From contig NW_027117352.1 of the NCBI RefSeq assembly GCF_038025025.1, forward strand, positions 682,001 through 738,932: a stretch of 56,932 nt of DNA. Reading direction: 5' to 3'. Of this stretch, positions 25,515 to 38,100 are shown in pieces. The notes beneath the pieces are model-generated. The model saw only the letters and a list, made by a program, of their open reading frames with translations, ran no database searches and was not told the origin of the DNA. The DNA comes from Phyllosticta citribraziliensis (Eukaryota). Both the position numbers and the translations under genes were made by a program. Numbering within the stretch: the stretch's first letter is position 1; each line of letters opens with the position of its first letter.

Positions 25515-26326
25515 GGCGACGAGGGAAATGTGATGGATTGACATGTTGGCGTCTGGAACACAAATATTCGGCATTGGAGAGGTACGGAATACTTCATGTT
25601 GCGTGTAACATAAAAGAAGGGGCCAAAGGGAACATGAAGCTAGAAGGGGAGCCTGCAGGGATGTGGGCGAGCACATGAGGCGTAGAAAAGCACAGGACGC
25701 GGTCGTCAACCCCACGTAATGCCAGCAGCGATGTGAACCACGACACGACTTTTGATCTGAATGATGTTTTCAGTGCTTCCGACAGGGCCTTCTTGGGTTG
25801 CTTTTGAGCTTCCTGGCCATTTGTGCCCAGCCTGTGCCGCCATTTAGCCGGGTGACAGGTTGAGATCCATGGATGGATGGGGATTAAACGACCCGAGGGT
25901 TCATCTGGTCAACTCTGGGTCGTGGAGACGACAGGTCGAGTTGACAAGCAGAATGATGCGCCTCTGGCTAACCAAGCCGAGAAGAGGCGCGCCAAAGAAT
26001 ACGACGATTGAAACCAACACCAGCGGGCGTTCGGCCAAGCGCTTGGCGGGTTTATTAGGAGTAGGACCATTGAGCTTAAGTCATGCATCCCACACCCAAC
26101 CACCCTGGCAAAAGACATACCTTACCTCGACCTGTCAGTCCACTTGTCCTCCTCCCGCTCCACGCTCAGCCGTACCGTAACCTGCGAACCGATGCTGCCC
26201 TTGCATTCCATCTCCCTTCTGGACACACGACCGCCTCCTCCGACCTGATCCAAGCTCCAGCTGTGGCTACATTCCTCCCGACACCTCTTACAGCTCTCGA
26301 ATAAGCAAGCGACTCTTCCCGTCGCG

Positions 26327-29300
26327 ATGATGCTTCGTTACCGTCGCTACCGCGTCTTCGTCGCCTTTGCCGTCCTCACCGTCCTCCTCCTCTTCCACTT
26401 TGCCGGCTCCGACTCGTGGTCAGCAAGCTTCAAGGTCCCCACATCCGGCGACCAAGCTCCCATAGGCGGAAGTGCTCCAGAAAAGCAGCCCGACGTGCTC
26501 AATCCCCCGCCACCAGGCCAATATGCGAAGGAGTCGAAGAAGCCGGACGTAAAAGTCCCGTCGGCTGAGCGTCCAAAGGATCCCGTGAAGCCGCCCAAAC
26601 CCTCGAATACACAAAGGCCGTTGCAGAAGAAGCCGCCTGGTCAGGGCACTGGCGATGACACCGATGCGCTCGAGGCAGACACTGCCAAGACCATTGCTCC
26701 GCCCAGCAAGGGCAAGACTGAGCAGAGCAAGGACAAGTCTGGGGATGGACTGGACAAGAGTGCTGGGAAGTCGGGCAAGGAGAAGACACATCCGTATGAT
26801 GAGGACAGCCCTGTCGCTGGCGTCAATGACGACAAAGTCAGCCTCCCATCTGAACACTCCGAGGGTAGAAAAGAGGTTACCCATGAGCCGTCACCAACTG
26901 CAATCCACTGGGTGAAGCAAGAAGAGCACTTCCCCGTGGACAAGCTAATTCCCTTGCCCACCTCGAGGCCTCATCCTATGCCAAGGATCCAGGCCAAATC
27001 TTTCCCCAAGGAGACGGCGGATGACAAGCGCGAACGCGAGGCCAAATTGATGGCCATCAAAGAGGCCTTCACCTTTACTTGGGCAAATTATAAAAAGTAC
27101 GCTTGGACGAGCGATGAGCTCAAGCCCGTATCCAATGGCAGTCGGAATCCTTTTGCGGGCTGGAGAGCTACTCTGGTTGACTCTCTGGACACGCTTTGGC
27201 TCATGAACCTCAAAGATGAATTCGAAGAGGCCGTGGATGCCGTGCGCGAGATTGATTTCACGACGAGCTTCCGCAAAGATATTCCTCTTTTTGAGACTGT
27301 CATTAGATACCTGGGAGGTTTGATTGGTGCCTATGATCTCAGCGGGCACAAGTATAGTGTCTTGCTGCAAAAAGCTGTCGAGTTGGCTGAAATCCTCATG
27401 GGTGCCTTTGACACGCCAAATCGCATGCCAATTACCTTCTACTATTGGATGCCGTATGTTTCCTTGACCTGATGTATTGCTCAATTGCTAACCTCTCTTG
27501 CAGCACGTATGCCTCGAACCCGCACCGAGCCGGCACTCGCGTCGTCCTTGCAGAGCTCGGATCATTATCGCTCGAATTCACACGGCTGGCCCAGCTGACC
27601 AAAGAAGACAAATACTACGACGCCATTGCTCGCATTACCAACGCATTCGTGGAATGGGATGACACACTTGTTCCAGGGCTGTGGCCTGTACACGTTGACG
27701 CTTCCGGCTGCAAGTTGGCTTCCCAGACAAGGCCCAAACTGGCGGGAGATGGTTATGCGGATTCTCCAAAGAAGATCCCAGCAGATGCCCCTTCCAAGTC
27801 CAAGGAGAAGGCACCAGACCCACAAAGGTTCAACGTCAAGAATCCGGTGCCTGACGACGAACATGACATGATGGTCAAGCGCTTGGCGCGGAGGCAAATG
27901 GATGATCCTACCTCAGTGGCCAAAACTGAGCGCATCAAAGAAAAGGAGTCCGACGAACTGGGCACCGACGGGACCACAAGTGCGAAAGCACCAAGCAAAG
28001 ATGGCACCTCCAAAAGACCAACTCAAGATCAAACCGCTGCTTCAGCCCAGGCGTCGCAATCTGCACAGTGCATCCCGCAGGGGCTGATCCCGAACAACCC
28101 CGAAGGGCCTCAGACGTTCACAATTGGCGGTATGGCAGATTCTACGTACGAGTATCTCCCCAAGGAGTTCGTCCTCTTGGGTGGCCACGCCGCAGAGTAC
28201 CGGGACTTGTACCTCAAGTCCATGGATTCTGTCAAGGAGAACCTGCTTTTCCGACCAAACGTGCCGGAAGGTAGCTCCCAAATGCTTTTCGCGGGGTCCC
28301 TTACAATCAACAGTGCTCGAACTGGAAGGGTTCCCGTACTCAAAACTGAGGGCGCCCACCTTACCTGCTTCGCGGGCGCCATGTTTGCATACGGCGCCAG
28401 ATTGTTCAACAGGGACGACGACCTCAGGATTGGTGAAGAGCTGACCCAAGGTTGCGTCTGGGCGTACAATTCTACCAACACGGGCATTATGCCCGAGTCG
28501 TTTATTGTTTCTGGATGCGAGAGCATGAAGGGCTGCGAATGGAACGAAACTCAATGGCATCTTGAGCTGGACCCCTACGTCGACGCCCGTATGGAGACGT
28601 ACCAGCGCCAGATGGCCAAGTACAAGCAGCAAGTTGCCGAAGCAAAGGCCAAGGCGAGCGAGGCTCCCGAGGCAACCGCGGCGCCGGAAACGCAAACGCC
28701 AATCCCAACGCCCACTGGCTCCAAAGTCCTCACTCAGCAAAAGACCATCGACAAGCGCGCACCCATCGATGACGTCGAGCAGGACGTCCCGCCATCCGTC
28801 AAAAAGGCGCTCCCGGCATCCAAGACGACGAAGATGACGGAAGAGAAGAGCGAAAGCAAGAGCGAGAGCAAGAGCGAGAGCAAGAGCAAGGGTGCCAGCA
28901 AAGGCGATAGCAAAGGGAGCAAGAGCTCAAGCAAGACGACTTACAGCGAAGCTCACGAACCTGCTTCGTATGATGTTGACGACCCAGACTTTGACGAGCA
29001 AGCAGTTCTTAACGACCCGGCCACGTCGCACATCTGGAAGCCCACAAAGCCCCTCAGCCACAAAGAATACGTCGCCAAGCGGATTGAAGAGGAGCGGCTG
29101 CCAAAAGGCTTCCTAAGCATCCAAGGCCGACAATTCTTGCTCAGGTACGCACCACCCCACCCCTGTCCACCCTATCCTCAACCCCAAGCTAACCTCCGCA
29201 CCCCACAGGCCCGAAGCGATGGAATCGGTGTGGTACATGTACCGCATCAGCGGCGACCCGTACTGGCGCGAGGCCGGCTGGCGCATGTTCGAAGGCATCC

Positions 29301-29506
29301 AGACGCACTGCCGCGCGGCTTACGGCTACTCGGCCATCGACGACGTGACCAAGACCGCCCCCACTCAAAAGGACGAGATGGAGAGCTTCTGGCTCGCCGA
29401 GACGCTCAAGTACTTCTGGCTCCTGTTCGAGGACGAGGACGTCTTCAGTCTGGACCAGTGGGTCTTGAACACCGAGGCGCATGCTTTCCGCAGAGCTGAT
29501 GCTTGA
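26327..29506 (+). CDS. GH47 class I alpha-1,2-mannosidase (type II membrane anchor); introns 27454-27503 and 29145-29208
   Basis: N-terminal TM anchor, [79 protein letters not shown] and NTEAH. Confidence 0.93.
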
Positions 29507-30564
29507 GTGAACTGACGCGCTGGCTGGCTGGATGGCTGCCATGCGTTTTGCGCGTGCGATTAGACTCTTTGTCTGCTTTCTCTTCATTCCGGACTTCGCG
29601 CGCCGCTTTCTTTGACTCGCGCTTTCGTCTGTCTGCGCGAGACTTTTCTTGCCGGGCTTTGGGTTTGACTGTGGGCGGCTTTTGGCGTTGGCTTTTGACG
29701 ATACTTCCACCCCTTGCGCCGCTCTCCCTGGCTGCTTGACCCCGTTCGCTCCTGGCTCCCCGATCACTTGTTTGACCGCGCTCGAATGCCAGGCCGCACG
29801 CAGACGGCGCACTCTGCACTGTGCTGATGCAAACTGCGGCAGGCAGGCAAGCGGATCAGTGGCTGGGGTGTAGAATGGCGGAAAACATGTCGTTTCCTTT
29901 TGGGGGTCGACGGCGGCGGATCAATGAACGGACGGATGGATAACACGAAAGAATGGACACGGCTCGGCTTTGGTGGGAATGGGAAAGGGACTGGAATCGG
30001 GACGGTTTGGCTCGGCTTCGTTTGATGGGTGTCACGATATTCTGTGCTGGCCGGCGGGCGGATGGTTTGATGGGTCTTTGAACACCTACTGGTCTTCTGA
30101 CTCGGGCGATTGCGAAAGGGACAGACAAGTGTGTGCGTGTGGACGTATCTATCTATCTAGACTTGCTTATTTGTTTGAGCGGATTCGAACGGATGGGATT
30201 GCAGATTGATGGATCAATGGATGGGCGTCTGGTGCGGGCAATTGTGACTAGGTGCTTTTGCTGAAGTGTGTTGCGGCTGTGAGGTGATGCGGTGCTGCAT
30301 GCAGCAACCGACGCGCCGTGAGATGTTGACGGACAGGTGTGACGGGAAGCAGGTGGAGATGGGATTGCTCTGCTATTGCGGGCGGAAATTGGCCGTGTGG
30401 GTTTTCAGATGGCACGGAAGACGACATCTTGCACTATTTGCGACGTCCGCACTGTGCAATGAAATCAAGCAGCTTTTCAGATCTCCGTCGTCTCATCTAC
30501 TTCGCCTTTCCTTGCCACCCCCCTCAGTACGTATGTCTTTCACTCCTCCCTCTCCGCCCGCCCC

Positions 30565-31434
30565 TCACAGCTGCGCCGCACCAACAATCCGCACCTTCTC
30601 GCCAACGCCAAAGCACGCCTCGCCCTGCTGCAGCGCGTGCACGAGGACGGGCAGCGCCGCGTCGCCAAAGTCGGCCGCGCTGCGCACCTTGTCCAGGTCT
30701 TCGGCCAGCTCGCGCGTCACGCGGCGCAGGTACCAGCTCGGGAAGGCGGCGACGGCCGACGCCGTCGTCGTGGGCTGCGAGAAGGCTGCTTGCGCTGCCG
30801 CGTCGGTCGTGGAAGGGGGCTGCGGTGATGATGGTGATGGTGATGATGGGGATGGGGAGGCGGGTTGCTTGGCGGGCTGTGGGGTGGTGGCGGTGCGTGT
30901 GCTGGGTTTTGTGGGTTTGGGTTGAGCCGTCTGCTGAGGGAGCGTGAGTTTTGGGTCTGCAGTCTGATGCTTTCTCTGCCAGAAGAGCAGAGTTTGGGTG
31001 CTTACGGTTGTTGTTGCTGCGGCTTTGGATGATGTTGCTGTTTTGACCTTTTTGGCCGCCGGAGGCGCCGTTGAGACGTCGGCATCGGCCTCGCTTTCGT
31101 CGCTGCTGCTGCTGGCGTCGCTGCTCGAGCTGGAAGACACGGCTGTCGTGGAAATAAGACGAGTAAGAACTTGAACAGAGAAGAGAACGGCGCGCTTAAG
31201 AACTTCGAGAAGGCGGATTGGCTGTGTGGCCGTGGACGTTGAAATGACTGAAACTTTTGACGACGAGATTGAAGGAAAAAAGAAAGACAGAAAACGATGT
31301 AGAACAGGGACAGGAACGAGGAGCATTCAAGAGACGCGCAATCTGCAAACGAAAGAAAAAAAGGTCTTACCCGCAGTCCGGACTTTCCTAGCTCTTCTTC
31401 TGGCAGGCTTGGGTTTTGTCGCCTTGGCCGCCAT
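30565..31434 (-). CDS. RSA3: Ribosome assembly protein 3 (Rsa3)-like; intron 31143-31370 and probable in-frame intron 30931-31005
   Basis: ATG at 31434 (MAAKATKPKPARRRARKVRT), Ser/Asp-rich tract, and C-terminal FPSWYLRRVTRELAEDLDKVRSAADFGDAALPVLVHALQQG matching the Rsa3 domain pattern. Confidence 0.8.
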
Positions 31435-32164
31435 GCTGTTGTGTCTCGTGCACTGAAACTTTTCAACGACTTTTCTGAGTGGTTGAGTCTTTGCCGGACA
31501 AGGATGGTCCCTTCACGCCAACAAATAGCTGAATTCCGTGATGTCGAGTGCTCGGAGACAGTGGTGTTTGTAGCAGTGTTGGGGTTGGTTGTTTGGTGGT
31601 TGGCGAGGAAAAGTAGAAGTAGCGCTAGCGAGTCAGCTTGGCGCTATGCTCAGGCGCACTTGACTCGCGCCCAAAACAATGTCATCCCTCCATGTCAATG
31701 TCAAGCCTCGACACAAATCATATTTTAACATCAACAACTAGATCAGTCTAATCCGAATCATCGAGTTGTAACGGGTCTCCAATTTCCCTCATGCGTCAAT
31801 TAAGCGCAAAAGTCGGCGGACAAACACAATCTATTGATTGATCTACTAATACAACAACTGTAGGCATCACTTCGAATTTCAACCTCGCAGCCTCGACGCT
31901 CACCTGACCTAGCGCGAACCCCAACCCGATGCCCCATGCCCGTCGCCATGGAAGTCAGCGAACCCCAATCATTCCCAACCTTACTGACCGTGGCACCAGC
32001 GGAAATTATTAGCCGTCCGTCTATGAGAAGGAAGGAAGAGAGAATAAAGCAGATAAAGCAGAGTCGTTTTTATTGAATGCGAGGAGAACAGAATAGGATA
32101 CCGCAAGGCACGAATGCTCCTTGGACGCCTGTTGCAGAATGCGCCGCTTCAACAACCTGGCCAA

Positions 32165-34913
32165 TCAAGATGCAACAGGATGGGGGCCTCCGCCGTGCTG
32201 CCCCTGACCTTGCGGAGGCTGCGGTGTCACACTGGTTTGTGGTTGTGACTGGGCTTGTCGTTGATGCAACTGCTGTTCATGCCGTGTCATGCTTTGGGCA
32301 TATGCTGCCAATGCGCCTTGATAACTCGTGTTTGTGTTGTTGTTGGGTGTGTACGAGTTTGACTGGCCATTGCCGTAAGGGCCACTGCCGACTCCGGATG
32401 TGCCAGGGTAGTATGAGTTGGGGCGGGCGAGTTGCTGCTGAGGCTGGTGATGCGCACCTGGCGTGGCATACGGATGTGGAGCTGCGGCTGATGGTGGACG
32501 CTGTCCGTAGGGTGTCTGAGGGCCGCCAGCAGTGGGTGCAAGCGGGTTCTGCTTCAGTGGACTACTGCCACTGCGAATATGCTGACTTCCCGTCGCTGTG
32601 TAATTGAAGGCCGGTCCATGGCCTTGGGTGCGTGGAGGGTATCCAGGCGGGGGCGCCATTCCATACATCGACTGCGGACGCTGTCCGTACTGCATTGGCA
32701 GTGGTGTCTGGTAGGCCGACGCAGCTGCACCGTAGGAAGGAGCGCGAGCAGGAGTCTGCTGAGAATAGGAGGGTGGAAAACTTGGCCTTGGTGCTGTCGC
32801 CGGATATCCGCCTGCCGTCGGGTAGTGTGGCCCAGTGCGAGTAGGATATTGATGGATGGAAGGTGAGCGAACCTGCGCCGGCTGCGGTGTGTAGTAGGAC
32901 TGGGGTGCTCCAACGGGTCGGCCCGCGTATTGGGGTCCAGGAGCGGGGCGTCCGTAATGGCTGGGAGACGGCGCATATACTGGTGCACTTGGGCGGCCTG
33001 ACAGCGCAGGGTTGACAGTGCCAGCCCCAATGGCAGCAGACTTGGCCAGCTTGGACACCTGGTCCTCTTCCAACACGCCCCTGTAGTCCTTTGTCTTGAT
33101 CACGAGCTTCTTGGAGATATTCAAGTCATCCAGCTGGTCGCCATTGAGCTTGGCAATTGCGTATGGAGGCAGACTGGAAACCATCAGAGCCAGTTGACTC
33201 TTGAGCAAATTGTAAATGTCCATTTCCTCGGAAGTGGGAGTCGAAGGGCGCACTGAGTCTTGTGCAGCCGGAGTGCGCGACGATTGGGCCAGTGTGCTAT
33301 AACGGATTCGCTGGTAGGAATGAAGTGTTTCGAGGAGTTCGTTGATGTCATTGAGAACCTCTTCGACCTCACGATCTTGCTTCTCACGGTCCAGCTTTTC
33401 AGGTATGTTGAGTTCTTCCGGCTCGAAGGACTCGACCGCTTCTTTGAAAGCTTCCTCCTCCTCTGATGGCGATTCTCCGTGGAGGGCATCACCAGGCTGC
33501 GCGTCGGCCAGCGCAGGGTCAAGGGCGAAACATTGTTGAAATCTCCTCTCTCCCACTTTTTGCCACCAGACGCGATTCTTGGTCTCTTCGGGCACAACTG
33601 CTACCCCGTCGTCGCGCGTCGGGGCGAAGCTACAGTAGACGCTTCGGAAGAGAGCATCCGCCTTGGCTCTTTCGAGGGCTGCCTTTTCTTCCTCCGAGAC
33701 TGGGGGATTCACTTCTCCCGTGCTCAAGGCGCGATCTCTTTGCTTCCTTTTTGCTGAAGGCGATGTTGGCTCTTTGGGAGGATCGACTCCACCATATCCC
33801 AGCCAATCTCCTGCAGTAAGCGTTTGGGTCGAGTAAGTCGATCCACGGCGGCTCATCCGAGCAAACGGATCCTGAGGACCCCAGACTACGGTGTTGGTCC
33901 GCTTAGTGGTTTGGCTCGAGGGAACAGGCGGCTTGAGCTCCCTGAACTTGGGAGGCGGACCGAAAATCTCTCCAAAAGTTGGACCCTTGGCCTTGCCGCC
34001 AGTCGCATCCTCGGTGTGCACGGGAATGACCTTGGTCGCGGAAATCATGCTCGGTAGGTTGGTCTCGTCCAAAGGCAAGAGCACGTCGACCGAGGTGTCG
34101 AGCCCAGCGGCGTCTTTTTGGACCTTGACAGGCTTCTGCAAGCTGGTGAAAAGCTGCTTGTTGCCCTGGGTCGACGCGAAAAGCGTCAAGACGGGTCGCG
34201 CGCCAGTGAGTGTGTCTCCGGATTCGTCTTCTGGCTCGATCTTGATTTCGACTCCGTTCGTAGCGCCCTTGTCGTCCTCGGAGGTGCCGTCAGCATTTTC
34301 TGGGGTGTTTGTTGTTGATGCAGGCTCCAACAATGCCTCTCTGATGACAATGTTTTTCAAAATCTTTTTGAAAGCCAACACGCCGGTGAGTAGCTTAGCG
34401 TCGACGTCGGAGCTTGGGTGGTGAGCAGAGATGGAGCTCGAAAGCTCAGAGCACACGCTATCGACGTCGTGAACAAAGTCATCGAGGGATGCATACGACT
34501 CGGATTGGATCTTGTCCGCAATGGTGGAGGGAGAAGGTGCGGACTGAGCAAGCTTTGCGCGCTTTGAGTTGGGCTCTCCAGAAACTGCGCGGTCGAGGGC
34601 GGTGGGAATGGGATGGTTGAGGATGGACGGGGTCGTGTCGTAGCTGCAGAGGATGGAAAGTCAGCAACTTGGGAGCGGTCAAGCGTGGGCGCAGGGCGAG
34701 GTTGGGGGGCGCAAACCTCTTCAAGATCTCGAGGACATCCTCGAGAAGGGCTTTGGGGGAGCGGGGGGCGCGCGGGGGCCTCTTGTCGCGTTGCGGGAGC
34801 GCGTCATGGTTGGTGGGCGAGCGCTTTCGTTTTGCGGCAGACGGCGAGGATGCGGTCTGGGAGTCGGGCGTGGGTTGATCTGGGGGCGTGAGGACGCCGT
34901 TCCGTTGCGACAT
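32165..34913 (-). CDS. Conserved nuclear protein, probably RSC subunit Rsc58 / BRD7-9-like; intron 34644-34716
   Basis: Splicing joins MSQRNGVLTPP to the 763-aa ORF in frame. NLS-like KRKR, bromodomain-like helix TIADKIQSESYASLDDFVHDV, YCSFAPTRDD motif and a P/Q/Y-rich C-terminus. Confidence 0.7.
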
Positions 34914-34958
34914 GGCTGGGACGGAGTCGCGGCGGCGTGATGGGAGCAGACAGGGCAG

Positions 34959-34983
34959 GGTGCGGTGCGGTGCGGTGCGGTGC
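34959..34983. repeat. (GGTGC)5 repeat in the short divergent promoter
   Basis: ggtgcggtgcggtgcggtgcggtgc read directly. Confidence 0.8.
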
Positions 34984-35165
34984 TGTGGTGGATGTGCCGA
35001 CGGTCGCTGCGGTGTCCGGGGACTGTACCATAGAGAGAGGCGATGCGACGGAACGATTGACCGACGGGACTGGCAAGGCGCTGGCTGCGCTGGGTGACGG
35101 GACCGGAGGCTGCCCAGTCCGACCCGAGGTGCATCCGAGATGGGTGATTAGATGCGATTGATTAG

Positions 35166-38100
35166 ATGCGATATCTCGGTCCGACCGCAAAACCACCACC
35201 ACCACACACAGACCAACACCATACGCCGCCTACCACATCACCCGTATATCTGTACACTCGGCCCTTCTCCACACCACCCTCTCTCCCCCGCATCAGCTCC
35301 CGCCGGGCTCCCAATGCTGCTTCCGAATGGCTCTGTGAATGCCCCTCCATCTTTTCCCTCGCGGGTCACGCATTTTCTGCCACGCATCCGCTGAATTTGC
35401 TCAATTGCGCCCCGCCCTCGGTCAAACGGTACTCTCACGCGATCCAACTCCAACACTGTCAGCTACTGACCCTCAATCAGAACCACACATCGCCGCGTTA
35501 CCCCAATTCTCCGACCACACGCGATTCCTGGCCCCGTCTCTACAAATGTCCGACCCGACTGCCTCTCCGTGCCACCCACTCACGCGCCACCCCCGTGTCC
35601 CAAGATACCGAGAGCTCGACAAAACAACCACCAGTGCGGACACGAGGCATGGTAGGCGAAATCCCTGCGGGCAGAATTGTTCATTTTCCAATACATCAAG
35701 ATGGTGGCACCGCACTGCGTGGACGAGCCTTCAAACAAGCTCACATCAGGAAACCAAGTCCTTCTGAACATCTGGTCGACGTCCTCAAGAAAGCGCACCA
35801 TCTCCATGCTGTTCCTCTGAAATATCCGAACAAGGCCGACTTGAGTTACTACTGTTCCAGCAAAGTGCCTCCCCGCGGCGACCAACCCGTCCTTGTTCTC
35901 CACCCGACGCCGAAGCCATCGATGCAATATTTTGTCGCAGAGTACATTCGACTTCTCTGTGACCCGGCTCAGTGCAATGTCTGTGATGTATCCATCTCTC
36001 CAGAAGTTCGGACTTGGATACTGTCAAAAGGCTACGCCTGGCAAGACGTGGAGCTGTGGGTCAACATTTTGATCTCCAAATCAAGCGACGACGCCGTCTC
36101 ATTGCTGCGCGGAGGCTATGCCAAAGGCCCAACTCCTATATGGGTTGTTTTGTTCTTGTTGCGCCGTGAGCGCTTGACTTTGGGCGCTTTTCGCCATCTG
36201 CTCCGCTTTTCCCTTGGCCGCGTGGGGCTTGTTGAATATCCAGATGGCCGCCATCAATTCCTGGAGGATCTGACTATTGATGAGAAGACTGTATTTCTCC
36301 TCTTTCTCCGCCTCTTGCGTCACGCTCGAGATATACTTCCTTCGGCCATAGCTCCATTGACGAAGCTAATCACCGCCAAAATCAACCCGCGTAACATTGG
36401 AACTCAGCACTCCGAAGTTCCAAATGAGCAGATTTCCGAAGCAAAGATGATTGACATGAGGGTGAAACTGGCCCATATTTACAACAAGGCGCTCAAACTT
36501 CTCTCGCTTCCATCGGCGCAGAATCCGTACGCATCTGCTGCGCACCAAGAGAGAGCCCAATTCGAAATCTTGCGTCGCATCGCAGAGTACGAGCCACCCA
36601 TACCAGTCACTGAAGATGGGTACAGAGCGTTGATCCGCATTCAGCTTAGCCATGTCAAGACCGAGAGGGAACGCCTCTGGGCATCTTTGAAATCCAAAGG
36701 ATGGCCTCCGTGGAAAGAAGACCGGACGGCCATGGACGAGGACATTCTTCCCGAGGACGCAATCTCAAGGGCAGGGAAACTGCTACGAAAAATGGGGGAG
36801 GCAGGCTATCCCGCCACCAGTTCAGATCAAGCTGCATCGATTTTGACTGGTTGGGACTTGGACGATAGCCCAACGATCCAAACCCGAACCATTCTTTATC
36901 CACAAGCGCAAACAAGCGATGAAGCAAAGAAAAGCACAGTTCTGCAGAGCCCTTCGCGGCCTCTCAAAGAGTTTCTTGATCCGGCGATTTGGGCAGCGCG
37001 AGTGAGGAGCACAAGGACGCTCGAAGAGGCTTGGGCATGCTTTCTTGCCTATGATGTGTCAAACGCTCCGCAGGATCAGCAGGTGTACCATGTCATGTTT
37101 GAAAAGATTGTGGCTGATCGCCGACGGAGAAGAAGACAAAGAGATGCTCGCCATGTCGACGTGCCATTCCATGGCCCAGAGTGGAAAGCGCCGGTCCCTG
37201 GTGATTCAACAGACGTTTGGCCTGTCCCAGAATCATATCGCGATCGGATCGACCCAATGCTGAAGCCGCCCGACACAAAGGAATTGTTGGACCGAATGAC
37301 TTCCAAAGGAGTCACCCCAAGCGCACGCTGTCTCGAGTTCATTGTGCAAACGGCCGCGAACTACACAGAAGCTTTGTATGCAATCAAGCATTTCCATGGG
37401 CCCAGGCCATCTATGCTGCCACTTCTGAAGCGGGACGTGACACCGGAGCAAGCAGCGCAAATTCCCGATGGAATCTTCAAAGCATACATTTTGCTGCTCA
37501 GTAGGCTCTGGTATCGACCGCTTCCCGTTCGGTTCAATGTTCCGCAGCATGAGAATCCTCTTCTCATCCACCGCGCATTGGATCTGCTGAGCCTCAAAAA
37601 GTCAAATGACCGAAAATGCTGGAATTCTGTCTTGTATGGACTTGCGCAACACGGCTTGTACGACCTGAAGGACACTTCTACTGGAATCATGCGGGATGCG
37701 ATTGAAACGATGACCAAGCTAGAAGTCGAGCTAGATCAAGAGGGCTTCGGAATCATCTGCAAGGCTTTCAACATGCGCGCAACCGAACGGGAAAACAACG
37801 TCAAAGCGCGGGCGCTAAGCAAGATCACAGCATCCGAAGATCTTCTGAAGACAACCAAGGAAATCCAGAGAGAATGGGACGACCATCTTGAGCACTGCAG
37901 CGCGGACTCTCGCTACCTCCGCACCCTATTCAACCACCTCGTTGGCACCGAACCGCAAAAGTCTAGCGAGGCTCATGGTGGCATGCAGGTCCCCATCCCG
38001 CACATAATGTACCGCTACATCCGGTCTTTGGGCACCATGTACGACTTTGAGGGTCTACTCAGCGCGGCAGAGTTCCTCAGGCGCAACGCGTCCATGTTCG

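Noticed and set aside
31143..31370. Long (228-nt) RSA3 intron as a possible snoRNA host
   Set aside because: No C box (RUGAUGA) or D box (CUGA) pair, and no evident H/ACA architecture on the sense strand.
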